Assembly: GCA_963737155.1 (NCBI GenBank)
Contig: CAVTRN010000002.1
Span: 2,912,001 to 2,976,000 of the forward strand
Direction of reading: 5' to 3'
DNA: 64,000 nt
From: Nitrospirota bacterium
Lineage (GTDB): Bacteria > Nitrospirota > UBA9217
Shown here in pieces: positions 40,638 to 51,066 of this stretch (its first letter is position 1; every line of letters starts with the position of its first letter). The position numbers and the translations under genes are program-made. The notes beneath the pieces are model-generated. The model did no database searches, was not told where the DNA came from, and saw nothing but the letters and a program-made list of their open reading frames with translations.

Positions 40638-41177
40638 ATGCCGTCTGAAAAACACCCCGATAAATCTCATCATACCATAAATGCTGGTTTGAAGCCGCCC
40701 GACTACCTTCGGCAAGCAAAAGCCCATTTACTAGCAGGCAGACAAGAGGCAGCTTACGCGTTGTTGCAACGGTCTCTTGAGCATTTTCCGAATGAACCCG
40801 TTCTTCTATCTCACTATGGACTTCTCCTCGTGCTCTTAGATAAAAGGTACCGCACTGGCATTGAGACCTGCCAGCAAGCGATCGAAAAACATAAAAAAAA
40901 TACAGCATTTGATGAGGAAATGCTATACCCGCTATTGTATTATAATCTCGGCAAGGCGTATACAGCGGCGGGAAAAAGAAAAGAAGCCGTGAAAGCCTTT
41001 AAAATGGGGATAGCCTATGATTCGGGGAACAACAACGATGTCAAGAAAGAGTTGCTGCGCATGGGTATGAAGAGGGGAAATCCCTCGATCCCATTTCTTG
41101 AGAGATCAAACCCGCTGAACAAATATATCGGGCTCATGCTTAATAAGAAGCACAAAGCTTCGGATGCTAAAAAGTAA
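40638..41177 (+). CDS. TPR-like hypothetical protein
   Basis: Helical repeats; LYYNLGKAY..AG....A..AF..G; C-terminal PFL.R.NP.N.YIG. Confidence 0.7.
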   Translation: MPSEKHPDKSHHTINAGLKPPDYLRQAKAHLLAGRQEAAYALLQRSLEHFPNEPVLLSHYGLLLVLLDKRYRTGIETCQQAIEKHKKNTAFDEEMLYPLLYYNLGKAYTAAGKRKEAVKAFKMGIAYDSGNNNDVKKELLRMGMKRGNPSIPFLERSNPLNKYIGLMLNKKHKASDAKK

Positions 41178-41749
41178 GCTAGAGCGAGACAAGTATAGCG
41201 GGATTCAAAGAGAATAATGAGTAACCAGAATGGTCTAAATATCATGTCTCCACTAATTGCGGGTTTTGTAGTGAGGAGTGATTATACGAAGCGGTAATCA
41301 TGTTAATGACTCCGATGGGGGTAAGTTTCGACATAACAAACACATGTTCAAGTTGGAAATGAATTTTTCTCACCGTATTTAAACGACGGTTGTATATTCG
41401 AAAATTGTAATAATCTTTGTTGAACTACTGCTCGCGCTATTTCTATTAGAGCATAATTCTAACGAGGTTCTATTTTGACTGGCTGAAAAGTTTCTAATAA
41501 AGTTACTGCCCTTTAAAAAACCCTTTTATTAGTTTGAGACTGCGCAATTTTCCACCGGTATCGTAAAAATATCCGTGAGCAATTATGAGTCTTCATTTTT
41601 CTGTAATATTTATTTAATATCTACCTAGTTTTTTCATATCCATTGCTGCTCCTCTTTCCATGAAAGAGATCGGCCCGTGGAGAGGTTTAGGCGGTAACCG
41701 AAATCAGATAGGCTTAGAATCTTAACGAATCGCTTATTCGAGTTCAGCA

Positions 41750-43597
41750 CTAGCTGCGGTCGTTGTCAGCGGTTCCCTTGAGAGCAGGAGCAATGAGCCT
41801 GCCTTTTGCCCAGGAAAGGTAGAGCGCGCTGTTGATTAGGCCGATGTGGCTGTAGGCCTGAGGATAATTTCCGATGAGTTTACCCGTTTCCAAGTCGATC
41901 TCCTCAGAGAGAAGCCCCAGCGGGCTCGCGTGGCGCAAGACGTCTCCGAATATCTGTTCTGCCTCCCGAATTCTGCCGGAGAGCACAAGAGCCTGTACGA
42001 GCCAGTAGGAGCAAATGATAAAGGCACCTTCGCGTCCGGAAAGGCTATCATCCCCTTCGTAGCGGCGCACAAGGTAGCCGTTGATAACGAGATGTTTCTG
42101 CACCATATCGATTGTTGACTGCACACGCGCATCTGCCGCCGGAAGAAACCCCATAGAGGGGATGAGGAGGACAGAAGCGTCAAGCAATTCCGAATCGAAG
42201 GTTTGAACAAAGCAACCCATCTTTTTGCTATAGCCTTTATCGAGAATCGCCTGTCGAATCTCTTCTCTTATCCGTTCCCACCGCACAAGCTCCGCATTAA
42301 ACCTTTTTTCCTGGGCGATTTTGATTCCTCGGTCCACGGCCACCCAACACATAAGCTTGGAGTAGACGAAATGACGTGGTCCATTGCGCATTTCCCAGAT
42401 TCCCGCGTCTTTTCTATTCCAGTTATCACAGATGTGTTCCACGATTTTCGTAACAAGGGGCCAGCGCTTCTCCGGGAAGTCCTCTCCCCGACGCGTGGTA
42501 TCATAGAAGGCATTCAGGAGCTCTCCGAAAATATCGAGTTGCATCTGGTTAGCAGATCCATTGCCGATTCTAACCGGTCGGGAGTTCCGGTACCCGGCAA
42601 GATGGTCGAGCACCCGCTCCTGGAGATCCACCTCACCGTGAAGACCATAAAGGATACGGATTCGTTCTGGTTCGCCTGCTTCTTCAACGATGCGCATAGC
42701 CCAAGCTCGGAACGCGGAGGCTTCCTTGCGGTGTCCCAGATGAAAGAGGGCTTGGTCCGTGAACGAGGCATCGCGCATCCATGCATATCGATAGTCCCAA
42801 TTTCTTGTTCCACCTAGCACCTCGGGCAGGGACGTAGTTGCTGCCGCGGCGATAGCACCAGTGATTGGGTTAGCAAGTAGTTTAAGCACCAGCCCAGACC
42901 GGACCACGAAGTCGTGCCATGGCTCTTCGATCACACACGTTGTGTGCTCGCATCGGTGTACCCAATCGTGCCAATAGCGGATCACTTCGTTCAGTAGATG
43001 GGCATTGTCTTGGCAGTTAAAATTCGGCTTCCTCTCACATACCAGTAAAAACCATACTTCATCACCTTGGCGGATCGTGAACGTCGCCTGTGCTTCATTA
43101 CTGTTAGTAATACGCAGCGGCGTCACTGTGTGCAATGCAACAACTTTGTCGTCCCAGTAGCAGGACACTCCGTAACGTTCATGCACCAATGCAGCGGACG
43201 CCCGGCCGTAATCAGGCCGTGGGGAAAACTGCAGGGCCATATCTGTTACTCCGCTAACAGCTTCTATTTTCCGATATACAGCACGGAAAGTTCCGCCCTT
43301 GGTTACCTCCTCAACAGGCATGAAGTCGGTCAGGCGCGAAGAGCCCGAGGCGGTCGTGAACAGCATGGTAAGTACGTTCGTATTTTCCACGTAGCTTTGC
43401 AAAGCTCTGAATTCACCGGCCGGGCAGATTCGGAAAGATCCGCCTTTTTCTTCATCTAAAAGCGAAGCGAAAACTGAGGGGGACTCCAAGTAGGGAAAAC
43501 AAAGCCAGTCTATTGACCCATCGATAGCGATGAGGGCGCATGTTTCCAAGTTTCCTATTATCCCATAGTCTTCGATATTGCGCTGGCGCTTGATCAT
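41750..43597 (-). CDS. Glycoside hydrolase family 15 (trehalase/glucoamylase-like)
   Basis: IEDYGIIGN..T.AL...DGSIDWLC.P..S.SVF, TGAI.AA.TTSLPE..GG.RNWDYRY.W.RD, GIWE.R, EGAF..CSYW, GNYPQAYSH. Confidence 0.93.
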   Translation of the reverse strand: MIKRQRNIEDYGIIGNLETCALIAIDGSIDWLCFPYLESPSVFASLLDEEKGGSFRICPAGEFRALQSYVENTNVLTMLFTTASGSSRLTDFMPVEEVTKGGTFRAVYRKIEAVSGVTDMALQFSPRPDYGRASAALVHERYGVSCYWDDKVVALHTVTPLRITNSNEAQATFTIRQGDEVWFLLVCERKPNFNCQDNAHLLNEVIRYWHDWVHRCEHTTCVIEEPWHDFVVRSGLVLKLLANPITGAIAAAATTSLPEVLGGTRNWDYRYAWMRDASFTDQALFHLGHRKEASAFRAWAMRIVEEAGEPERIRILYGLHGEVDLQERVLDHLAGYRNSRPVRIGNGSANQMQLDIFGELLNAFYDTTRRGEDFPEKRWPLVTKIVEHICDNWNRKDAGIWEMRNGPRHFVYSKLMCWVAVDRGIKIAQEKRFNAELVRWERIREEIRQAILDKGYSKKMGCFVQTFDSELLDASVLLIPSMGFLPAADARVQSTIDMVQKHLVINGYLVRRYEGDDSLSGREGAFIICSYWLVQALVLSGRIREAEQIFGDVLRHASPLGLLSEEIDLETGKLIGNYPQAYSHIGLINSALYLSWAKGRLIAPALKGTADNDRS

Positions 43598-43657
43598 ACC
43601 TTCAGCTATAACTCCTCAACAGTGAGTGTCAGTAAGAGAGGTAAACATAGCGGCGGC

Positions 43658-43688
43658 GAATTACCCCGCAGCAGGGCTGCGGGGCATC
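43658..43688 (+). repeat. Lone left-end hairpin related to the dispersed element
   Basis: gaattaCCCCGCAGC-agg-GCTGCGGGGcatc. Confidence 0.6.
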
Positions 43689-43872
43689 CTAAAACCGGCT
43701 AGAACCTAAAACCTGTTTGATAACTGCAGAACATCGTTATATATAGATAGAGCATGAGGTTATATTTCCCCATTTAAATATAGGGGAAATTATCTTCAAG
43801 ACGATCCAAAATACAAACCTCTTGCTAAGAATTAGTATATCAGGTACTAAATTTAAGAGACAGGAGGCTTCT

Positions 43873-44345
43873 ATGAATGGTATAAATGATATCAGACTTG
43901 ATCAGTTTCTGCAAATGAAGAAAGAGATTCGCGGTTCTGAGCAGTATTTGATAGTGGGGATTGATGCGGCGAAAGAGAAACACCGTGCGTTTTTCGGCAC
44001 AGCGCAAGGCAGACCGCTTTTGAAGATCCTGGTCTTTGACAACACGCTCGAGGGATTCGAAAAGCTGGATGCTTATGTGGACGCGTCAACATTCAATACA
44101 GCCCGTCGAAGATTGTTTTCGGCATCGAGCCTACAGCTAATTACCACAAGCCCTTGGCGAAGCATCTTGATCAAGTGCGGGCGGAGATGGTCGTTCTTGT
44201 TGGCGGCGTGGCGATAAAGAACAACCGGCAGCTTCTGAACGACCGATGGGACAAAAACGATGACAAGGACGCGGCAAATGTCGCAGATCTCATCGCCCAG
44301 GGGAAGTGCCTATTTTATGAATATCCCCTGATGACATTGCGGGAG
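43873..44345 (+). pseudogene. IS110-family transposase/recombinase remnant (DEDD domain only)
   Basis: SD aggagg; VGIDAAKEKH, F.N..EGF; after frameshifts FGIEPTANYH and KNDDKDA; truncated before the C-terminal domain. Confidence 0.85.
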
Positions 44346-44391
44346 GAAATTCCCCGTAAATGGCCTTTGCCAATGTTTCCCCCATCAACTA

Positions 44392-44541
44392 TTATATGAT
44401 TTTTCGGCCCAGGATAACTCTTATCAACACGACAATAATTGCGATAACGAGCAAAATATGGATAAATCCACCCATAGTATAACTGCTCACCATCCCAAGT
44501 AACCACAGAATTATCAGTATTACTGCTATTGTCCACAACAT
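44392..44541 (-). CDS. DUF5670/lmo0937-family small membrane protein, second copy (not in ORF track)
   Basis: SD aaggag; MLWTIAVILIILWLLGMVSSYTMGGFIHILLVIAIIVVLIRVILGRKII*. Confidence 0.9.
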   Translation of the reverse strand: MLWTIAVILIILWLLGMVSSYTMGGFIHILLVIAIIVVLIRVILGRKII

Positions 44542-45489
44542 TTCGTTCTCCTTTCGGTTTAATCAGGCCCTTTGCTTGTGATAAAAGTAAAATCCCCGAG
44601 CATCAGGCGGATAATATATATCAGTACCGAATATCATGACTACAGCCGCTGGGGCCGATACGACCAGACCGGGCAAGGGAATGTTGTAATCGGAGTATTG
44701 GCGACTTTGAAAAATACTTCCCCCTCCGCCGGAAGCGGTTACTTCCGATTGTCTCAGCAAGCTATATCAATAAATATACCTCTTTTCATCAAGTGATTGT
44801 AGCTTCGTTGATTGACACTAGATACCAATACTTGCAAATAGATTCGGATCGTGGAGTATAGACCATATCGTAAGCAGAAGCATGATGGAAAGTCCGAACA
44901 CGAGAATAACACCTGCCGAGTACGACAGCTTGAAAGTTCGCTGGCATATGCTGGTATACTTGGAATAGCAGTTCGCTAGCGATACGCTTGTATTACCTAT
45001 TCATGATTTCAAAAGTCCGTTACAATCGAAGAGCTCCATTCAATGAATTAGAAGTGAACAATGAAGGGGCGATAATGAAATCATCCGATCATCAGGCCAT
45101 GCTAAAGTCATCATTGGCATCGCCGAACATAATGGCAGGTTTAAATTGCTGGACTTCTCAACGTTATATGGCCCTCCCGGTCTGTGATCGATCCCCGAAT
45201 CTGCAATTTTGGAGGATGCTCGGTTGTCAGGTTTTGCGACAAGAAGAAGATTTGAGACAATTAAAGACGAGATATGTCTTAAAAAGTGCAAAAAATGATT
45301 TTGGAGATACTTTACTAGAGATATTTAAAATGCTGCATTCGTTGTGTAAAAGCACAGTGAAGTTCAAGAGTGGCGGATCAAAGAGACAGTTTTTGATTCT
45401 TCCAGATATTCGTTAAATCAATACCAATTGTATAATTTACTTAGCGGTCTGTTTGAAGCAATTGTCCAAACACAGAATTACAGGGATCT

Positions 45490-46866
45490 ATGATGAATAC
45501 TCTTCTGCTCTCGCGTATACAGTTTGGTGTTACGACCTTATTCCACATCCTGTTCCCTGCCTTGACCATCGGTCTTTCCCTGTATCTCGTCGCGATCGAA
45601 TTCCTGTGGATTCGCACAAAGCAAGAGCTATATTACCGCATGTATCGCTTCTGGATAAAGTTATTTGCCATCAACTTCGGTGTAGGAGCTGTGACGGGAA
45701 TCGTATTGGAGTTCGAGTTCGGCACAAATTTTTCGAGATTTTCACAGGCAGTTGGCAATGTATTGTCGCCCCTGCTGCTCTTCGAGGTACTGACTGCCTT
45801 CTTCCTGGAGTCCGGTTTTCTCGGCATTATGCTCATCGGCTGGAAGAGAGTGTCACGGCATGTTCATTTTCTCGCCACCTGCCTCGTGGCAACGGGCACA
45901 ATTCTCTCATCATTCTGGATCCTCGCTGCCAATTCATGGATGCAAACACCGTCAGGCTATCAAGTGGTCGCGGGAAAATTCATGGTCATCGATTTTATCT
46001 CAGTCATTTTTAATCCTTCCATGTGGGTGCGCATAGCCCATATGATCACAGCATCAATAGAAACAAGTGTTTTCGTCGTTTCCGGGGTAAGTGCTTATTT
46101 TCTCCTCAGAGACCGAAACCGTCCTCTTTTTCAGCGTTCATTAGGCATAGCGCTCATCATGGCCGCTTTGATGGCGCCGCTCCAGGTTTACATAGGCGAT
46201 CTGAACGGCCGGAGCGTTTCCGAATACCAGCCCGCCAAACTCGCTGCTATAGAAGCCCATTGGGACACAAATATTAAGACTGGAGCGTCTTTCGCTCTGA
46301 TCGCACTGCCGAACGCACAGGCGGAAAAAAATATTTTTGAACTATCCATACCGCACGGACTCAGTCTCCTTGCCACCCATTCTCTAAATGGGCGGGTATT
46401 GGGACTCAGGGAGTTCCCCCGGGAAAATCGTCCCAATGTTTTCATGCTGTTTTGGACATTCAGGGCAATGGCAGGCATTGGCATAGTCTATCTCCTGGTT
46501 ATGGTCTGGGCCCTTTACCTCTGGAAACGAAGGGAGCTCTATGATAACCGGCCCTTTCTATGGACCTTGCTGGTCACCCATCCCCTCGGTTTTCTTGCCA
46601 TAGAAACAGGATGGGTAACAGCGGAAGCAGGCCGCCAACCATGGCTCGTATATAATATAATGCGTACGGCAGAAGGGACTTCGCCCATTCCGGCGGGAAA
46701 TGTTATCTGGTCACTTGGCCTTTTTCTGATTATATTTGCAGCTGTCGGTTCGATCTATTCATTTTACATTGTAAAAATGATTGCTCGCGGACCGGATTTG
46801 TCCAGTCCGATACCGCCAGTTCAGCTGCCGGCAGGAATGAAGCCACTCGATAAAGATCATTCGTAG
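45490..46866 (+). CDS. cydA: Cytochrome bd ubiquinol oxidase subunit I (short Q-loop)
   Basis: LSRIQF...FHILFP, F.INF..G.VTGI..EFEFGTN, AFFLES, WIL.ANSWMQTP.G, QPAKLAAIE, GW..AE.GRQPW. Confidence 0.95.
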   Translation: MMNTLLLSRIQFGVTTLFHILFPALTIGLSLYLVAIEFLWIRTKQELYYRMYRFWIKLFAINFGVGAVTGIVLEFEFGTNFSRFSQAVGNVLSPLLLFEVLTAFFLESGFLGIMLIGWKRVSRHVHFLATCLVATGTILSSFWILAANSWMQTPSGYQVVAGKFMVIDFISVIFNPSMWVRIAHMITASIETSVFVVSGVSAYFLLRDRNRPLFQRSLGIALIMAALMAPLQVYIGDLNGRSVSEYQPAKLAAIEAHWDTNIKTGASFALIALPNAQAEKNIFELSIPHGLSLLATHSLNGRVLGLREFPRENRPNVFMLFWTFRAMAGIGIVYLLVMVWALYLWKRRELYDNRPFLWTLLVTHPLGFLAIETGWVTAEAGRQPWLVYNIMRTAEGTSPIPAGNVIWSLGLFLIIFAAVGSIYSFYIVKMIARGPDLSSPIPPVQLPAGMKPLDKDHS

Positions 46867-47037
46867 TCGCTAACAGTGATAAACTCTACGGACACGCAAA
46901 GAAAGTGCTGATGGATTGCGTTCATCGGGAAAAAAGGAAGGACGTGTTCAAAATGTTAAAAAGATCCGATCTGATTCACGGCGAAATCTCTCTTACAAAA
47001 TAGCGGGCCATACTGGTTGTGTCTTGAGGTCTTGACT

Positions 47038-48033
47038 ATGGATATCGATACCGTGTGGATAGCATTAATCGCACTGATCATCATTCTATATGTAATCCTG
47101 GACGGCTTTAGTCTCGGCATAGGGATTCTGTTCCCATTTATGCAGAGTGAGCAAGAACGTGATGCGTTGATAGACAGCATCGCGCCGGTGTGGAGCGCAA
47201 ATCAGACGTGGCTCGTCTTTGGTGGAGGCGCCCTGTTTGTCGCCTTTCCCATGCTTTACGGAGTTCTTTTCAGTGCCCTCTATATCCCTCTTGTTACATT
47301 GCTATACGGTCTGATCTTCCGCGGTGTTTCGCTTGAATTTCGAATCAGCGCTGCAAGGAACAGCATATGGGACAGGGCATTCCATGTGGGAAGCCTTGTT
47401 TCAGTCGTATCACAGGGCCTGATCTTAGGCGGGGTCCTGTCGGGAATAAAAGTAACAGGAGAAAATTTTTCGGGAGGTGCTTTCGACTGGCTTAACCCCT
47501 TTTCAACAACGCTAGCCGCCGGGCTCATTGCCGGCTATCTTCTACTGGCTTCGACTTATCTTATCATTAAGACTACAGGTTCCACACAGGATAGAGCTCA
47601 CAGGATAGCCTTTCGTGCTGCGATTGTCGTGCTCATTTTTCAAGTCCTTATGATAGTCTGGACGCCGTTTCAATACCCGCGGGTGCTGATCCATTGGCTT
47701 ACTCCTCCCCGGGTTTATTTCATCTGGATATTTCCCACATTTGGTCTGGCCGCTTTCTGCGGGATTATAAGCAGTTTGCGAAGCCGATGGGAAAATACAC
47801 CCTTTATTTTCAGTTCTTTTTTCTTTTTTGCAGGGTACCTGGGGCTTTTTTTTTCAATTTACCCGTACGCCATTCCACCCGACATAACGTTTCAGGAAGC
47901 AGCAGCGCAGCGAGATACACTGGTGTTCACTCTGTCGGGAGCAGTATTTATTTTGCCGGTTATTCTTAGCTACACCATTTATAGCTACCGCGTTTTCAGA
48001 GGCAAAGCAGGTAAGGATGGGTCTTACCATTGA
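47038..48033 (+). CDS. cydB: Cytochrome bd oxidase subunit II
   Basis: YVILDGF.LG.G, SIAPVW..NQTWLV.GG.ALF.AFP, LIFRG..EFR, Y..YSY.VFRGK. Confidence 0.92.
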   Translation: MDIDTVWIALIALIIILYVILDGFSLGIGILFPFMQSEQERDALIDSIAPVWSANQTWLVFGGGALFVAFPMLYGVLFSALYIPLVTLLYGLIFRGVSLEFRISAARNSIWDRAFHVGSLVSVVSQGLILGGVLSGIKVTGENFSGGAFDWLNPFSTTLAAGLIAGYLLLASTYLIIKTTGSTQDRAHRIAFRAAIVVLIFQVLMIVWTPFQYPRVLIHWLTPPRVYFIWIFPTFGLAAFCGIISSLRSRWENTPFIFSSFFFFAGYLGLFFSIYPYAIPPDITFQEAAAQRDTLVFTLSGAVFILPVILSYTIYSYRVFRGKAGKDGSYH

Positions 48034-48513
48034 GGTTCTTGCAAAAATCCGTTTCGCGCGATTGCAAACGAAGTGAGAAATATTTGTTGAGGAATTTCTT
48101 AGTGCTGAAGAAATAATAATTTCTCCACTGGTCGAGGTGACAAGGCCGCGCTTTTCGGATATTTTTAAGAGGTTCCTGATCATGAATATGTGCCTGTTCC
48201 CTTATCATGGGGATCGATGAATGCAAGGCCGATGCGACGATTGAATACTACAAAGCCATCGAACTCGTACACAAGATGTAAGATGAAGCCGGAAAGGTTG
48301 GTAGGGAGAAGAACCTCCGGTGATGATGAATTCATAAGAGAACCTTAAAGACAGTCGCAGAAAAGGCTTAAGTAGAAGTCGAGACTGCCTTATTCGAGGT
48401 GACTTCGAAGTTCAAATGGGCCATGTTGCTGAATGAATCGCGTGGAAACCATTATGTTTTGTTTATTCAGCGTGTGACCGGCGTGAAAGAAAAGATGACA
48501 TTTGGAGGGGACA

Positions 48514-50340
48514 ATGGGAAAAAATGCTCGCACTATGGTAAAACATCCGGCCATGGGAGCCATTTTGAATGCAAAGGGTGTAACCTTTCGGGTATGGGCA
48601 CCTCATGCCGAAAAGGCTTATGTGACCGGAACCTTCAATGACTGGAACAAGACCTCAATCCCGTTGGTCAAGGAGGAAAATGGACACTGGTCTGCTGACG
48701 TGCCAGAAGCAAAAGTGGGAGATGAGTATCGATACATAATTCACGTCCCTGCCGATTGGACTATCCCCCCTTTTTCACGTATTGATCCTTACGCCAGAAT
48801 GGTAACGAATGCAGTGGGCAACGGGATAATCTATGATCCTGATGCATTCGATTGGGGCAATAATCCCTTTCAGATGGCCACGGGGAATGAAATTATCATT
48901 TACGAAATGCACGTCGGCACCTTTAACGTTAAAGAAAAGGGACACATGGGGACGTTTGAAAGTGCCGTCGAAATATTTCCTTACCTTAAGGAATTAGGTA
49001 TCAATGCCATTGAAGTCATGCCGATCATGCAGTTTTCAGGCGATTTTTCGTGGGGGTACAATCCTGCTCATCCCTTTGCCGTCGCAAGCATATACGGCGG
49101 GCCGGATGCCCTTAAGTTCTTTGTTAAAGCAGCCCACGAGCAAGGTATTGCTGTCATCGTAGATGTCGTTTACAACCACTTTGGTCCCGACGATCTTGCT
49201 TTGTGGCAATTTGATGGTTGGAGTGAAAACAAGAAGGGTGGAATTTACTTTTATAATGATCACCGCTCTCATACACCCTGGGGCGAGACGCGTCCCGATT
49301 ATGGAAGGGGCGAAGTGCGCCAATATATACGCAATAACGCCATAATGTGGTTCGAGGAGTACCATGTCGACGGCTTACGGTGGGACATGATACTCTATAT
49401 CAAAAGCATTGATGGAAATGAAGGGAACCCAGCTACTGACATTCCCGAAGGGTGGAGCTTGATGCAGTGGATCAATGTGGAAATCCAACAACTGTTTCCC
49501 GGCAAGATTAGCATCGGTGAAAGCATGAGAAATAACCCCTGGGTCACTAAAGAAGTAGGAGCGGGCGGCGCAGGCTTCAATGCTCAATGGGATGCCGAAT
49601 TTGTGCATCCCGTCCGCCAAGCTGTCATCGTACTTGATGATGCATCACGTGATTTGGGTGCGGTAAGCAAAGCCATCGAGCATCGCTATGATTTAGACGT
49701 CTTTCGACGGATCATTTATACAGAGTCGCACGACGAGACAGCCAATGGCCGGGCACGTGTGCCGGAGGAGATTTGGCCCGGAAACGTGGACAGCTGGTTT
49801 TCCAAAAAACGCTCCACATTAGCAGCGGCGATTGTTCTTACTTCTCCCGGCATTCCGATGATTTTCCAAGGACAGGAATTATTGGAAGATCGGTGGTTTC
49901 AGGATAAAGACCCGATTGATTGGTCCCGGACCAAGATAGAAAACGGCATTCTCAGCATGTATCGGGATCTGATTGCCCTGCGTCGCAATTGGTCGGGCGT
50001 GACGCGGGGATTATGCGGTCAAAACATCCATATCTATCATGTTGATAATGAAGCCAAGATCATCGTCTTTCATCGTTCGGACAAACAAGGCCCAAAAGAT
50101 AGCGTCGTTGTAGCGGTTAATATGATGAATGAAAAGCGCGATGGTTATGTCATCGGTTTTCCGAGGGCCGGATTGTGGAAAACGCGATTTAACAGTGACT
50201 CATATAACTACGACACAAATTTTGCGAATCATCCCACTCCTGATGTCGATGCCCATGAGGATAAGATCGATGGGCTGCCAAGCTCCGGCAAAATCAATAT
50301 TGGACCATACACGGTAGTAATATTTTCGCAGGATGAATGA
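48514..50340 (+). CDS. GH13 alpha-amylase family protein with CBM48 (branching-enzyme/TreZ-like)
   Basis: FRVWAPHA, RIDPYAR, IYEMHVGTF, SWGYNP, DVVYNH, DGLRWD, ESHDE, PGIPMIFQGQE. Confidence 0.9.
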   Translation: MGKNARTMVKHPAMGAILNAKGVTFRVWAPHAEKAYVTGTFNDWNKTSIPLVKEENGHWSADVPEAKVGDEYRYIIHVPADWTIPPFSRIDPYARMVTNAVGNGIIYDPDAFDWGNNPFQMATGNEIIIYEMHVGTFNVKEKGHMGTFESAVEIFPYLKELGINAIEVMPIMQFSGDFSWGYNPAHPFAVASIYGGPDALKFFVKAAHEQGIAVIVDVVYNHFGPDDLALWQFDGWSENKKGGIYFYNDHRSHTPWGETRPDYGRGEVRQYIRNNAIMWFEEYHVDGLRWDMILYIKSIDGNEGNPATDIPEGWSLMQWINVEIQQLFPGKISIGESMRNNPWVTKEVGAGGAGFNAQWDAEFVHPVRQAVIVLDDASRDLGAVSKAIEHRYDLDVFRRIIYTESHDETANGRARVPEEIWPGNVDSWFSKKRSTLAAAIVLTSPGIPMIFQGQELLEDRWFQDKDPIDWSRTKIENGILSMYRDLIALRRNWSGVTRGLCGQNIHIYHVDNEAKIIVFHRSDKQGPKDSVVVAVNMMNEKRDGYVIGFPRAGLWKTRFNSDSYNYDTNFANHPTPDVDAHEDKIDGLPSSGKINIGPYTVVIFSQDE

Positions 50341-50653
50341 TAATCTATTTATTTATCTTTAGAGATAGCCTAGCTGAATAAAAAAAATTATTTATGTCGG
50401 GACTGGCAGTCATGATTGTAAGAAAGAGACATCCATGCGGTGATTAATAATGACGCTCTCTGTTGCATAGCAATAATTACTCAATACATTTATTAAAATG
50501 GCTATGCATTATGTTTAGGAATATGTTCAGGAAAAGAGCAACCCTGTTTACATCATGCAGTACCAATGTCGTGAATGGTTTATTTAGATTTGTTTCCATA
50601 AAAGCAATAATAGCCTCTTTGGCCTCATTATAATATGTGAATGTATAACTGGT

Positions 50654-50722
50654 TTCATGAGATTGTATTTCCCCTCCCGTCTGATATAGTTATCTTATGA
50701 TTCATGAGATTGTATCCCGTCT
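50654..50722. repeat. Direct repeat ttcatgagattgtat (x2, 47-bp period)
   Basis: Copies at 50654-50668 and 50701-50715, each followed by cccgtct. Confidence 0.6.
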
Positions 50723-50747
50723 TTTTACGGAAGCAATAAAAAGATTA

Positions 50748-50895
50748 TGAATCCAGGAGCAAGATTGAGTACTTCATGACCATCGAATAGTTGCAGGACA
50801 AGCAAGACAGGGCCTGACAAAGCTGAAGTAACTGGAGGCCTTCGGAAATGAGGCGTGGAAAGATCTCTATTCAAGCGTGGTAAAAACCTGTGTGG
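50748..50895 (+). pseudogene. Remnant of an sll1863-like coiled-coil stress protein
   Basis: KIEYF.TIE*LQDKQD.A*QKLK*LEA.GNEAWKDL pattern with several stops. Confidence 0.5.
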
Positions 50896-51066
50896 AGCAA
50901 GACAGTCTTTGACAATATGACATCAAAATTAAAATAAGCAGGTTTGGTGAATTATGTGGATAACTATAGTGGACTTCGGATAAAGTAGCGGAAATTTCCA
51001 AATGTTGAAAGTATAAATGGTAGGCGGCATCAAGCCTTAAGTTAGCTGTAGGAGGTAAAGTACGTT

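Noticed and set aside
44563-45416. ORFs 44563-44760 and 44988-45416
   Set aside because: The first may be a decayed exported proline-rich protein, but neither has motifs strong enough to call.
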